A stretch of 63,971 nucleotides of DNA, the filler included, from Blastocystis sp. subtype 4 (taxonomy: Eukaryota), in the NCBI RefSeq assembly GCF_000743755.1. It is 3 parts of 3 records of this genome, joined end to end, with 100 filler letters (N's around TTAATTAATTAA, not from the genome) between each part and the next. Parts side by side here need not be neighbours in the genome. Positions count along the whole stretch, not along the records: positions 26,511 to 52,883 come from NW_014569399.1; 2 more parts are not named here. One strand, given 5' to 3'. Shown in pieces: positions 26,672 to 41,514 of this stretch. Below the pieces are notes generated by a model. It was given only the letters and a program-made list of their open reading frames with translations. It did not search any database and had not been told where the DNA came from. A program made the translations under genes and the position numbers. The first letter of the stretch is position 1. Every line of letters begins with the position of its first letter.

Positions 26672-28243
26672 ATGTTCTCAAAAGTTACGTCAAAATGGTT
26701 CTTCATGTTGAATAAGAGAGACTTCATGCTCCCACTCTTTCGAAGGAACATGCGATGTGTCCACCAGTGCAAGTCGCTCATTCATAATACTGCAAGATCC
26801 GATTTTTCCTCTAGAGATTCATTTCCTGTCATTCCAGCTACTTATCCCAAAGATGACTTGGAGTATATTCCAGATGGTTACACATCTCAGGAACTCTGCA
26901 ATTTATTGTTGTCAAACAATTTATCGATTCCTGATGTCGTTCTGTGTGGCTTGGATAATTGTTAGACCGACAATCTCGCTTTCTCTTTATCGAATCGTCC
27001 TGATGCGACTCCCGAAGTACGTTGAATATTTTGTTTCTCATTCTAGCATGTTGAAGTGGCCATTAAAGCATTATACAAAGTGAACTACTATAATGAAATT
27101 ATTCATCTTTTTCGTATCATTTTAGGGAAACGAGTACGAGTTGGTATAATGGTTAATCATTAGTCTGGTTTTGGATTTACAACTCGTACGGTCGAACTTA
27201 TATTCGAGTCAATTCTCCACAAACGTCAATACTCACTTCTGAATACCGTATGGTACATTTGTGATCAGACAATGCAGAAGAATTGGGGTGTTCTCAGTGA
27301 GTTCCAAAGATTCAATTAACAAATAGGTTTATATTGTCATGGACTCTTAGCTTCACATCGTCTTCCAGAAGCACGACCATTTCTCGATATGCTTCAAAGA
27401 CGAGCCTATTCCATCCCAATAGCAAATTCTCACATTCTTCTTGGACTGTATGAAGGTCGATATTACGAAGAGTGTCTTCGTTTCTTTTACGGATTGACTT
27501 CCTTGGATCCATCATTCCAACTAATTAAAAGTCCGACTGCAGTGTTTTCGGTATTGAAAGCTGCCTATCAATTGCGGCGGTATTCGGAAGTGCTAAAATT
27601 GTATGAATATATTCTACAACACAATATTACACCTAATCGAAGCGTTGTTTTCATTATTGCAGAGGTAAGAATAGAATTGATTTTCTATTGTAGATCTATG
27701 AGAAAGGTGACTTCTGGCGGGGTGAATATGAACGTCAAATGAATGTTCTTAGGAGTTATGGGATTATTCCTACCGAGACGCAGTATTACATTGAATCCTT
27801 CTCTTATGTAGACAGCTGGCTATTTTAGCTCAAGCACGTTTGCCTCAGTTCCTTAAAGGAGGTGCATTACTTCAGGACTATAGTAAACAGCGAAATGAAG
27901 CTTTAGTTCAAGAGAACAAACAAGGGAATTATGGTAGGATTACTGATAGAAACAAACTGTAGCGGTATCGTTGGAGAAGTATTATGAGCCTCAGCGCCGA
28001 CTTCGACTGATTGGCATCTTAAATGATATTCCTTTGATTGGAGATGGAAAACAGTTAGTAATCCGGTCGATAAAGAATGATACATCCCTAATGAAGCTAC
28101 TTCAATCAGAATTGTACCCTCCTATTTCATTTCGCGTAAATGTGTGTATCTTACTGTATCCTGATGTCTAGTCCACATATCTTTTCATTTCAACTGCATC
28201 TATAAGGAAATGGATCAAACATCGTAACGATCCCATTCTTTGA
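26672..28243 (+). CDS. PPR-like helical-repeat protein, probably organelle-targeted, with a possible degenerate Smr-like C-terminus
   Basis: Arg-rich presequence-like N-terminus; helical repeats (VFSVLKAAYQLRRYSEVLKLYEYILQHNITPN); ends LLQSELYPPISF...LFISTASIRKWIKHRNDPIL*; TGTTTGTT 28246-28253. Confidence 0.55.
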
Positions 28244-28276
28244 TGTGTTTGTTCCAAACAAGAGAAGAGAAGGAGA

Positions 28277-29125
<849 letters not shown>

Positions 29126-29170
29126 ATCAACTAGTAATAAAAACAATGAGTGAGGGGCACTGACTCAATT

Positions 29171-29208
29171 AGGGTGGTGCATCTTTGATAATCAAGAGGC
29201 ACCACCCT
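29171..29208. repeat. GC-rich inverted repeat / hairpin in the TPI-WD40 divergent spacer
   Basis: AGGGTGGTGC (29171-29180) is the exact reverse complement of GCACCACCCT (29199-29208); the inner TCTTTGAT/ATCAAGA also pairs with one bulge. Confidence 0.75.
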
Positions 29209-29427
29209 CTACAGCTGTATGTCGTTGCATCGTCGAAGCACTTCTTGTTACCCCAATCCGACGCACGGGCGTTTCATCCTATTGGAATTCGTTTCAAGAC
29301 GAATCCTTATAATCTGCTGAATCCTGCATAGAATCTTTGGACGAATGTAGGTTGGTGTTTTCACTTTCTTTTGGAATCCAGAAAACATATGTTCTGCGTT
29401 GTATCTAATCTTTCTGTAGAACTCAAC

Positions 29428-32060
29428 ATGATTTCAGCTCCCCAAGTGAATAATCCTGTATCCTAATTTATTCAACGTTTCTTATGTGATAGAGTGAAGT
29501 AGACGATGCTTCTATCAAGGAAGAGACTATTATGTTGAATGATTGCCAAATGGTAAAGTTGAATTATTGAGTTGAGAGGTAGACAATCAATCAAATTGGT
29601 GTACAGAATAGTTCTCCTGTCTGCTGGTCATTTGATGGAAAGAAGTAGTTCCTGTGGGACCATATTGATGGAATAGATTAGCATATGTGAACGGTACTCA
29701 TGGTATCACCATCTGTATTATGAATGAAAACCATCACTTTGTTCGTGAGAAAATCCTTGTTGGTCATCACCAACATGTGAAAACGATCATGTTCCATCCA
29801 GTAGATGATATTATGGTTTCTGCTGGTACTGAAGGAGTGTATATTTGGGATACACAGAAACAAGTTCTTAAGAAGATCATTAAGTCCAAATTCGATATGT
29901 TGATAATGAATAGTGATTCAACGGTCCAAGAAGCTAATGAAGGAGAAGTTGAATGTATCTGTTGGTTATACAATGGAACAATTTTAGCTGTTGGAGGTCG
30001 TGATTCTGCTATCAAGCTATATGATGTTGCTAAGGAGTATTCTTTCTTCTTTCTCTTAACATTAGTTATGCTTTCTTAGAGAGTATTTCTGCTCATAAGA
30101 GTAGTGTCAATACAATGGTCTTCAATTTGGATAATGATTATCTTGTCTCAGCAGGTCGTGATTCGTCCATCAACATTTATGATGTATCTTCTCTTCGTCC
30201 TGAGAATCTTCCCAAACGTGTATGATTGAATTGTCTGTATGAGAATAAGTATGAGAATAAAGGTATTGTGTGTTCATTGAAAGCCACAATGGATGGTCAT
30301 CTTGGTGATGTGGTGACTCTGGCTACCAATAGTACAGGGCAAATTATCTTCAGTGGTGCTCGTGATAATACTATTCGTGCTTGGGATTTGAAGACGCATA
30401 GCTGTATACGTGAGATCAAAGATCAGAATAACCTCTCGTTAGTATGATCTAATCTCATCATTCATAGAAGCATGCACAAAGGAGATGTGACAAATCTATT
30501 CTGTGTGAACAATGATCAGTTCTTATTATCATTCTCTATGGATGGAACAATGCATCTTTATGAATTGGGCTCCATGGTGTTGGATGCTAAGAATGATGGT
30601 GATTTGTCTATGGTACGAATGAGTGAATGGTTTCATACTTCAGATCTCTATGGATGAATTACTTAAAGGATTTACTGAGACAGAGTCTGAACGAGTTATT
30701 GCAAATGATACGCTTCAAGCTAATTTCTCTGCCTTCCCTGTGTGTATTGTATGTTGTTGATGAGTCGTAGGGAGATGGTATTGCTTGTACTGCTCTGTCT
30801 CCAAATGCTCCTGTGATGGCAATGGGAGGAGGAGGTAGCAGTGTGAGGATTTGGGACATTAGCAAGAATTTAGCTCAACCAATACTTCAACAGGAGATTG
30901 TATCTCATTCTGACAGTGTAAGTCAGATCAGGAGTACAGATGTAAGTGTATGTCTGTTAACTGATGCGTAGAATCAGCAAATCGTATCTGTGAGTATGGA
31001 TTATACTGTGAATGTGTTTGATCCTCGTATTGGAACTCGTTTCTATTCATTTGATACTGGAGCTGCAATGTTCTGTGTGGCTACTGTCGTGTTGATGATA
31101 GTGCTTGACCAATAGACTGAGGATCTCATTTTTGCTGCTGGAAAGGACTATACAATTCATGTGTACAGTATGAATCGACAACGTTATTATCAAGCTATGG
31201 AGGAACAGTATATGGTTCAGTATCAGAGACCTCCTCGTATTCAATACAATGTATAAGTGTGGGGTATGAATTATATATAGCTTATGGAATTAACAGGACA
31301 TGCTGGCAAGGTACGTTCTGTTGCCTATAGCAAAGAATTGCGTTTGATCATATCTGGTGGAGAGGATGTGAGATCTGTGGATGGATTCTTATTTTAGGGA
31401 ACTGTGTTGATTCATTCTCTTCCTGAATTAGATCCAGTTGAAGCGAATCGTTCTTCTGTTCCTTCAGAAGATCCTCAGGTTGTTGTGACAGATCATGATG
31501 GCATTGTTCTGGGTGTTGCAGTAAGTGATGAGGTCGATAGAACCTACTATATGGCTTCAGTGGGCAATGATTATGCTCTTTATGTTTATGACATTACTGG
31601 ACGTGTCAAGAGAGTGTGGAATGAATCACGAGCTCATAATGGGTAATTTTGGGAGATTCAACCAATCCATAGAGTGATCCCTTGTGTGACGTTTGGTCAT
31701 GGAGCCTGCAGCAACTTGCTGTTCACAGGTGGTTGGGATAACGTGATCAGGGTGTGGAATGTGGCTACTGGTGACTGTGTGAAGGAGCTGAAGTATCACA
31801 AAGAACGAATTACAGATCTGTGTGTGAGTGCTGATGGAAAGTGGCTCGTGTCGTCTGCTGCTGACAAGAGCATCTTGCTCTATGCTGTTGATGAGGATTA
31901 TAAGCCTGTGGCTCGTTATTCGTGTAACGATGAATGCAAATGTGTTTGTATTGTTGGCGATGAGATTGCTTCTGGATATGCCTCGGGAGTCATTCGTTTG
32001 TGGCCATTGTATATGGAGGGATATCAGTCCTTCTTCCAGAGTATAGAATGCCACATTTGA
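29428..32060 (+). CDS. WD40 multi-repeat protein
   Basis: Repeated GH...SG..D.TIR.WD motifs (GHLGDVVTL...SGARDNTIRAWD; TGGWDNVIRVWN); TGTTTGTT 32080-32087. Confidence 0.88.
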
Positions 32061-32144
32061 TGTAAATGTAGATTGGTTTTGTTTGTTTTGTCAAAATCGG
32101 GTCGTTTTTTACCATTTTCTTTTGGATGCAAAAGAGAAGTAACC

Positions 32145-34545
32145 ATGGCTGATACTGTCCAGCAGATTATGGAAAGGATGACTGTTCCTCTCCAAGACAT
32201 GGAGAGTAATGGCATTTTCAGTCATGTATGGTTCTTTGAGCTATTCGTTCATTTGTAGGAAGAAATCAATTCCATTATCCGAAAACGTCGGAACATGGAA
32301 TATAGTTTGAATAGTTACTCTAAAACTCTTCAAGACTATTTGGCAGTGATCGAGTACGAGATGAATTTAGAATCATTGCGAAAATTGCGAAAGAAGAAGT
32401 TGGGTATGACATTTTTTGTATTTGTTTAGATGTGTGTAGGTGTCTTCAAAGCATTGGATAGCGATAACAGCATTGTGGGAAGGATTATCTACACCTTTGA
32501 ACGAATGGTCCGCAAGTACTCAGGTGACTTGAATGTGTGGCTCAAGTATGTGGAGTATTGCGAGTCTTGCAACAATGAAAATAGATTAGCAGGGTTGTAT
32601 CCGAGGTAATTGTATTCCCATTCAAGTGAACTTCAGAATCCTCCAACTGCATCCTCGAGCTGAAAGTGTTTGGGTCAAAGCAGCAAACTGGGAGATGAGT
32701 CGTGGCAATTACAACAATGCCCGCTGTCCGTGCTATGTTCATTTCTGATCCATAGTGTTATTACAACGCGCTCTTCGAATCAACCACTCAAGTAAGCTCC
32801 TGTGGAAAGAATACTTCCGTTTCGAATTATTGTACATTAATGTTGTGGAAGAACGTCGTCGTATTTTAGGCCTTCCTGTAGTTTTCGCTATTTCTGTTTA
32901 TTCTAGTCCTTGAAAGACCGGTTATTGGGTGAATCAAAAGATGCCACTCTAAAGGAGCTTGTGGAGGAGGCAGACGTGAAGCCAGGTGAGGAGAAGCAAT
33001 TAAATGAAACAAACATTCCAGAGGAAGTAACAGATTTGGAATTGCTGGATCAGGAAGGATCATCGAAACCGATGGAACTATCCGATTCGGAAGGGGACCA
33101 AGATGAGGCAAAGAAGAACGCTGAAGTGGATCAGATGATTCATGGAAACAGTGATGCAATGCAGGCGGAGTTCTTACGAGGCGCTATTCCAAAAGTGATT
33201 TATAAGCATGCTATTGAGGGTAGGGATAGCTACATTAAGTGATGATTAGCTTGTGATGACCCAGTTCTTGCTGTAGATCTGTTACGAATCAGTTATGAGC
33301 TCAATAATGTATTTGTAGAACAGTTTATCATTCAATCCATTTTGGATGAATCCCCGCGGGACTTGAATGTTTGGTCCGATTTGATTTCTTATCCAGTGAC
33401 TCGTATTAACGATGAATTATCGGTATCAGAACCCGATGAAATACTTGAGAAACGTCGTAATCGCGACATTGAAGAGAGTTGTCAAATGACGAAGCAATTG
33501 TCAATTCAGATGGTTGAAAGTCTCAAAGATCAGGTTCAGTTATCTTCAATTTTTGCAACTATTATCAAAGCGTTAACTATCTCCTCAAAAGCATTGAGTG
33601 TAACAGGGAACACAGATCCATTGAATCAAACTGTGGAGACATTCTATGCAAAAGCGCAAGAGATGGAGGCTGTGAATGCTCAGGTGATTGCTGAGATGTT
33701 GAAGTTTTATGCATCACAAGGTCGGATGGAAGATTGTATGAAGTGTTTGAAGAGTCATCAGGAGTTATTATTGTCAGAAATCGAGTCTTTTTTGAGTACA
33801 ATTGCGATGATCATTTCGGTTGCAAGTCGTGCGGATTATCTCATTCAGGATGTGTTTAATGTGAAAGATATTCCTCGTAGGTCTTGTGTTAATGCTTCTG
33901 AGATAGAATTTATTATTTCTTTGTTTACCGCGGGAATTCATCGATTTCGAGAAACGGCAAAAAAGGAAGAATTACTACAAATCTATATTCGCTATCTAAA
34001 ATACCTCATTTCCATTCAATATGACAAGACTAAGGTGGAGAAGGTATTCATGGATACATTCATGGTGATTCCTGAATTGAATAGCCCTGTGTTTATTCTC
34101 TATCTCTCTTACTCTTATGATCATGGAATGGATTCTCTCCGCAGTGCAGTGGATTTGTAGTGTTATTGTAATATTGTGAATTATAGTGGATTGAGCCATG
34201 AAGTGTTGATTCCTCTGGATTCAGATGTACTGGAAGAATGTCTTGACTATGAGAAACGATGGTTAGCATCTTTATCAGATGAGCAAGAGAAAGAGAAAAA
34301 GAACACAGTAAGTCGAATTGAGAAATTGTATGACACATACTGTACTCGATACAATCAGAATCCAGGTTGAAGTAGAGAATGAAGACTTATATCTAGAGGT
34401 ATGGCTGGGATATATGGAGTTTGAACGATTGCATGATGGATATAAGAACATTCGTGTTATTTACAATCGAGCTCAACATATGATTAAAGATATGAATGCA
34501 TTTGAAGAGAAGTTTAATCTATTCCAAGTCCAAGGTCATTTATAA
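32145..34545 (+). CDS. UTP6: U3 snoRNA-associated protein 6 (HAT repeats)
   Basis: MADTVQQIMERM..PLQDMESNGIFSHEEINSIIRKRRNMEY, DYLAVIEYEMNLESLRKLRKKKL, LLQRALRIN...LWKEYFRFEL; TGTTTGTT 34551-34558. Confidence 0.9.
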
Positions 34546-34575
34546 ACAAATGTTTGTTCTTAACATACACACTCA

Positions 34576-37500
34576 TTACACAATATATGAAGATCCTTTA
34601 GCATATGAGATCAAATATGCAATCTTCTTAGCACATGAAGGTCCAGATACGGGATTTGGAAGTACATCAAGTAATCCATTCAAATACCCCATCATTTGTG
34701 GAGCTTTGCTCAATGCTTCCATCACAATATCATCATTTGAACCACTGAGATTCATTTTCTTCAACATGTCCTATCAGTAGATTCTTCTCCCAATTCTTAC
34801 TCTTAAAAGTGTTCGACGCTGAGGTTCAATTGAATCAGACCAAACTTCAATCAAGATTCGTCCTACAGTCATTGCCATTCGAGTTGAGTTGGTTTTCATA
34901 GCTCTTGCAACTTCATTCTCCAAGAATGGAATACACTAAAAATGAATGGTTATCTTCAATCGTACATCATGAACACAACCACATGTCATAAAAATCGATA
35001 CACACTCGTCAAAACAAATTTTTATCTCTTCTTCATCTCCTAACTTCTGTTTCAAATGATACGCATTCATTGCATAGTTAATTGCTTCATCTGGCCTATT
35101 CAGATACATACGACATAACGCCTCCTTCAAGAACACGTCAGCAGCTGCTCCTGGTGAGCTTACAGCCAGAATTGCTTCAGCAGCTTCATAGAAATGAATG
35201 GCTTCCTCAAACGACTCCACTCCTACAAGAATCTACGCATCACGATTCCATTCAATTCTCACATCTCCAACAAGAACCTGCATTCTAGCAACACACCCAT
35301 GCAATTCACCCAAAATCTCCTTACCAAGAGAAACTCCACGAGCAACATATTCCATACCCAAAGATGGATCTTGAGGATAAGCCAGAACACCAACAGAGAA
35401 CACTAACCACGGTAAATAGGAAGCATAGTCGTCTGTATACGTTGCAATCAAATCGTTAATGTTGGTAATCACACCCAACGGGTCCTGACCTGCATAAAAC
35501 AACACACCTAATGCCTTCATGTACATTGAATCAAAGGGATAACACGTCTGTAACGTGCTTGTAGCTAGTTCAACAGACTGATCGGACTGTTGGTTTCGTT
35601 GAGCGGCAAGAGCAGCATGGAGATACGCTGATGCTAGCAAAGGAGAATGGTTTGCTTCAAGCAAAGGAATCGCACTTTGGAGTAGAACCATTGCTTGGTC
35701 TCGTTGTGATTTCTGGGGGGATGATAAGAGAGAATGTCTATGAATGATACCTGATTCTCATTTTTACCCCTGCTCCCACAATTGATCTCCATCACATCCT
35801 AAACAAGGAGGTAAGAGAAGTTTCACACGGAATGGAATTGACAGAACATGTTCCTCTTTGAATGGGCAACAGTCTTCAAAGAGACGTTCAGATCCAGTAA
35901 GCTGAAGTGAGAGTCCACAGTGATACTCGATAGCTGCAAGGAGTTCCCATGGGTTACAAGCATAAGCAGGAAGAGAATCAAGGTCTGAGAATTTACTGAA
36001 TACAGAAGGAAGATAAGCTTCACTCCAATATTTCACAGATTCAGGAGTACGTGAGAGAAGATAATTGAGGAATGTAACCACAGATGATAAAATGCTTTCA
36101 CGTAATGTATCTACAAATAACCAACAAATGAATCATTAACCATAGTTCTCATACACGTTCGCAATACTATTTCCACCTTGATGGATATTCATATCCATCT
36201 CAGGCTTCTCATTGTATATCAGACATCTAGAATCAACACCATACAACAATGATACCGAAGATTCTTCCACAAGATACACTTGGCTGTACGAGCTAGCATA
36301 TCTAAGTAAACTAGGTCTTTTAACCACATTTTTGTCGTAGTGTTGTATATTAGACCTTCATGACGCATACTCATACCTCTTTTATGAAGTACTGCATGCA
36401 GTTCAGCACATGTACAGACTGTGTCCTCACATTCTTCCAGTTCACGAGTGATGGACTCTGCTAGACCTACCAGAGTGTGCCGTATCTCCTCTGGTGACTG
36501 ACCTGTCACACGATCTACAGTTTCAGGACGCAAAGGACGAGTTGACTCTAGTTGAGTCACAGCAAGAGGATCGCGTGGTAACAATCCTGATGTATTGATA
36601 AGATAATCGCGGTTATCAACTCCATGCCAAACCTCGAACACGGCAGAATTTGGTAGAGAAGGCATTCTTGATGTAAACTGAGGACGAGGGTTGGTATGAT
36701 CATAAGCACAGCGTGTTCCATGAATAGGCAAAGCAGATACGATATTAAAACGGAATCCAGCAATATCCAGTAGAAGAGAAGCAGGAACACCTAGATATGA
36801 GAATGAGAGAGATTGGATACAGAGTCGATCAGACTTTGACCCCATGTGTAAGAGACAAAAACGGAGTTGTGAGAATTCTTTAGACGAAGCCTTGATAGCT
36901 ACATAGTCACAGTCTTCAGTAATGCTGGTAGCCATATACTCATCGATAGTACGAACAGGATCAAATGTCTATTCGTAAATTAGAATGAAAAATGAGACAT
37001 GAAGTGGAATGACAAATAATGAACCTGATTCAGAAAAATAACATCCATCTTTCTCATAGAACCCATCTTGAAGTTGTGATTTCAATGAATCAGGACAGAG
37101 AAAATGTTTGAAGATTTGTTCATTCATTCCACAGGTTTCTGTCACAATACGATCAGCATACTCACGAGCAGAAGCATTTATGGATATGAAGTTGGATGGA
37201 TCATTCATACACTCACTTGCTTCATCACACAAACTCTGCCAAAGTTCATTCCAACTTGAATTTGATCCCGTGCATGACAGACGAGTTACATTCAACTGTG
37301 TTTCATGTTTGCTTATCAGAGATTCAGTCTCTTCAACATATTCAGGCTTTGTTGGTTCTTGACTGATTGCTGGAGGATTGGTCGGAGTTTCATCAGAAGG
37401 TTGATAGGAAATGAATGCAGTCCACCATCGTAAGAATGTCTCCAATGGAATGCGACCCTGTTCATTCTGCAGTTCTTCAGTGATACTAAGCTTTAGACCT

Positions 37501-39495
37501 TTCATTCACTTCAACATCTTGATGTCTCTGGGGGTAATGACTCCATTACAGAGTTCATGTAGAATCCCTGTTAACTCAAATGATGTAATTCCCGCGGGTG
37601 ATGAGGAATGACTTGAATAGACGCGTTCTCCAGCCTGACGAGTACGAGTATCGTTTCGAGGTGTGAATTCTATAAATAAGAACCAGATTCTCTAACAAAC
37701 GGAAGTTGGCCAAAGAGAAACCAGTACTCTGAATGGAGGAACGGCGGGCTTCTTCTCTTCGAGACTCCTCAGCAGCAATATCACGACTCATCTCAGCAAC
37801 AATTGCATCAAAATCCAGATCTTCAGTCAAATCAGCTAATCCTAAATCTTCTTCATCCAACTCTGGAGCTGAGGTGGGTGTAGGAGTTGGTTGAGAAATC
37901 GAAGCAGGTTGCTGAGGAGTGGGAATGGGTTTTGAAGGAGTCTGTTGAGGAGTAGGAATCGGTTTTGGAATGGGGATCTGTTGAGGAGTAGGAATGGTCT
38001 TAGGAGTAGGAGCCTGTTGAGAAGCCTGTTGAGAAGCAGAGACAGAAGGAACTGCCTCATTAGCAATAGCTTCTAGCTCCAAATCATCCATATTCATTAG
38101 TTCATCACACATTGTGTCCATCAACTTTACAAAGCTCTCTCGCCCTAACACATCATCCACATTCTTCTGTTTCTCTTCACCTGCCTGTACAGCAGCCTTC
38201 ATCACTTCACTTGCTCGCTCATCACTCTGAAGTTCCTGATCCTCCTGAATCGTCGTGAAGGAGATTTCCTGCATCAGAACAGGCTTCACACGTCCTATCT
38301 GAGTTGGTTTCCTAGCAGAAGCTGGTACCTCCTTCGTGAAAGGATTGTTCTTCTCGTGTTTTGCAGCTAAATCCTTCACACTCACACCACCAATAGATTG
38401 ACGACGAGGCAGACCGTGACGTGGTTCATCATCCTGCTCCAGTTTAGTGAACTTCTCCAGAAGTTTCTTGATGGAACTGGAAGTACCCGTTTCTGAGCAT
38501 GTATCTGCTGATGCAGAAGAGGTTGATTTAGAAGGAGCAGGAGCTGATTGAGTAGAAGATAGCTTAGAAGGAGCTGGAGCAGGCTTAGAGGAGGCTGGAG
38601 CTTGTTTTGATATAGTAGATTGAGAAGAGACTGGCTTAGAAACTGATGGAGCTTGCTTAGGAGCTGGAGCTGGTTTGGAAGAGACAGAATTAGATGGAGC
38701 AGATTTTGAGGCAGATTTTGAGGCAGATTCAACAGATTTCGATCGAGAATCTTGGGAACCTTGTTTCTCAAATACAGCTAACAAAGAAGCCATTTTACTG
38801 GGACCTGATGGAGGAACTGGAGAAGAAGAGGGAGGAGTTACTCGCTTAGGAGGTGGAGTGTGAATAGCAGGAGGAGTAGAGGATTGAACTGATTTGGAAG
38901 ACATTGATTTCACTGATTCAGTTGATTGAACTGGCTTGGAAGATATTGGTTTCACTGATTCAGTTGACTGAACTGATTTAGGAGACTGAATAGGCTTAGG
39001 AGACGGAGATGAAGCAGATGGAGAAGACAGTGAAGACTGAATGGATTTTGCAGGGAGATGAGCGGTTGAAGGTGAAGGTCTTCCAGCACTTTCACTCTAC
39101 AGATAATAAGGAGAGATTCAAAGCAACCTTATTCCCCTTCAACACATTCATAAAAGATGAAATCAACTAGTAATTAAGTAGAAGCGAAAATCAAGGTACA
39201 CTTGGATCTTCACATTGAACAGTAATTGGGTCACCCTGATTTACTAGAACTCTTATTCCTGTCTTGTTAGAGTCACACTCATCATAAGTATCCACCGATC
39301 CACAATTACAAAGCGGAACAACCTGAGAATCATACTTACATTACCAGAAACTACCTTATTCGCTTTTACACCTTTCGGTGGACAGTTTGGACGATAAAAC
39401 AAATGGATATTCTTATCATCTATACGCATCCAGCAGTTTCTCCAAGAAACCGAATATGATGTCACCTTTTGAATTTGAACATAACCTTCGATCAT
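34576..39495 (-). CDS. Large protein: PH-like N-terminus, Ser/Pro-rich linker, CLU-central-like domain, TPR repeats (clustered-mitochondria/Clu-related)
   Basis: EGYVQIQK...W.NCWMRI (PH-like); LHAVLHKRGMSMRHEG...DMLARTAKCIL (Clu central); TPR-like helices (AIHFYEAAEAIL, AINYAMNAYHLKQKLGD); single-gene assembly inferred. Confidence 0.65.
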
Positions 39496-40098
39496 TCTTC
39501 GGGGATTCAGTGAATTGCTTCAAATAAGTGAAAAGGAGGAGTGGCGCAAAAGTGGGTCACATCAAACCTAAAGTCATTTCTGTGAAGAACATGATGCAAG
39601 GATTCTCATCACAGTTGATCCCAAGCGAGGTTGGTTCAGATATAACCTCGACTAATCGACCTGAGATTCCTGAGCTATGTATTCTAGCTGTCCCACTTTT
39701 CATATATAGCACTCGACCAGAATTTCAACAATCAATCAGGAATCAATTATGTTGGTCTATCTGTTCCGAGTGATCTACCTTTAAGTGGGAATTGGACCCG
39801 GCAGTAATTTGTAGACCGAAACATCTACTCTACAGTATCACTCCCTCAGACGATTGTTAGTTCCATTGATGTATATCCTCTGATTTCCTATTACTCTTAG
39901 CAGAATCAAGAAGCATTATATGTACATTCTCCAGACCATCTTTTAGAAAAAAGTGCGAATTCCAAAGGATGATCAAACCTAGATATCCCAATCAATCAAC
40001 CATACTCATCATCTGTAGGTGGGCTATTATCGCTTGGACCTGTTGTTTCTCACAATACGGACTCTACACTTCCATTACAAGATGTTTCACAAATCAGT

Positions 40099-40905
40099 AT
40101 GGACACAGTGGATAAATCCCATCTTCTTCGAAATCTAAAAACAACATATACTTCCAGGTCCTTTGAGAGTCTGACTCTGTCAGAAATTCCTATATTTCTA
40201 TGTGAATATGTAGAACTACGGAAGGCCTATTCATTGGTTAATAAGGATGATTCGTATTTGTCGTTAAGTGCAATGGAGGATCCTGGAAATCCTCCTATTT
40301 CGCAAATTCCACAACTACTCGAAGAGTACAAACTAATGGTTCAAAATTTGAAACGGTCTTTTGTATGTCCAACATGTCACAAATCCTTTACTACTCGGTA
40401 TTCGTTGAATTCGCATATTACTATTCACTCCGACAGTAAGCCGTATGAATGTCCTCATGCGGATTGTGGGAAATGTTTTCGAACTAAATCGGCTCTTAAC
40501 ACACATATCTCTCTTACTCATTCATCGGTGAAAGAACATGTTTGTAGTGTCTGTGGAAAATCCTATAGTAAACTCTGGCTTCTTCGACAACACGAATTGC
40601 GCCATCATGTTAATCATCGGTACCAGTGCTCAAAATGTGAACAATCTTTTGCTTATCCATATCAGGTATATTTCCTTGTCCTAGTAGAGTTCTAGTTGAA
40701 ACAACATGAGATTTCAAAGCATGAGGGGATCAAGCCGTATGTCTGTTCTTTTGAAAACTGTGGAAGACAATTTTCGTCAAAATCCACATTACGGCTTCAT
40801 GAACTCGCTCATTCGCGTCCTTTTGTTTGTTCCGTGTGCTATCGACAATTTGGCTATGCCTGTGATTTAAAACGGCATTTAAGGAAGTCTCATAAAGGTT
40901 CTTAG
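40099..40905 (+). CDS. C2H2 zinc-finger protein (about 6 fingers)
   Basis: Repeated CxxC...F...L..H...H with HSDSKPYEC and HEGIKPYVC linkers; intron 40666-40695; may start upstream. Confidence 0.9.
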
Positions 40906-40941
40906 AACACACATGTTTATTACGTTACAGGCAAACGCTAA

Positions 40942-41429
40942 CTAAATATTCAAGTCCTCCAATCCGTCAGGTCTTGTTGGAAGATCTGTAGAATCAAGAA
41001 CAACACTTGAATCCTTGACCAAAGACATTTTGCTTTCATTCAAACTGTCTTTCCGGGAAAATACTTCATCCTCTTCCGATAGGTCATAGGCGTGGGAAGA
41101 ATAGATTGTAAAATTCGAATCACCTGTTACGGGATTAATCTGCTCCGTTCCAGATGCCCACATCATACACTACTCATGACAGTAAAGATTCAACATCACA
41201 TTTCCTTCGCTACATCCGATTCCATCGTCGTCCTCTGATTCACTTCGTTTCCTCGATTTACCTTTCTATGGTCAACAAATAATAATACAGCTACATCCTC
41301 ATCAGAATCCTGAAGTGAATGAGAACCACGTTTCCAGTTTTGAGATAGTGTATACCATTTCCATAGAGAATAGGCTACTACTGCTCCCAGTAAATATATA
41401 TAGGGGCGATTCCGTGGTAGAGCAAGCAT
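40942..41429 (-). CDS. Small protein with N-terminal signal-anchor helix, function unknown
   Basis: MLALPRNRPYIYLLGAVVAYSLWKWY followed by acidic exons; degenerate element AACACACA at 40906-40913. Confidence 0.45.
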
Positions 41430-41514
41430 TAAAGCAATCGAAAGAGTTGCGCCAATAGGCTCCGAATTCGGCTCCGATTTTCTGTCGCAGATGAAGAACT
41501 GGCAAAACAAGACA

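Noticed and set aside
37880..38980. Short direct repeats (TGTTGAGGAGTAGGAAT, ACTGATTCAGTTGA)
   Set aside because: They encode Pro/Ser-rich low-complexity protein repeats; no sign of a mobile element
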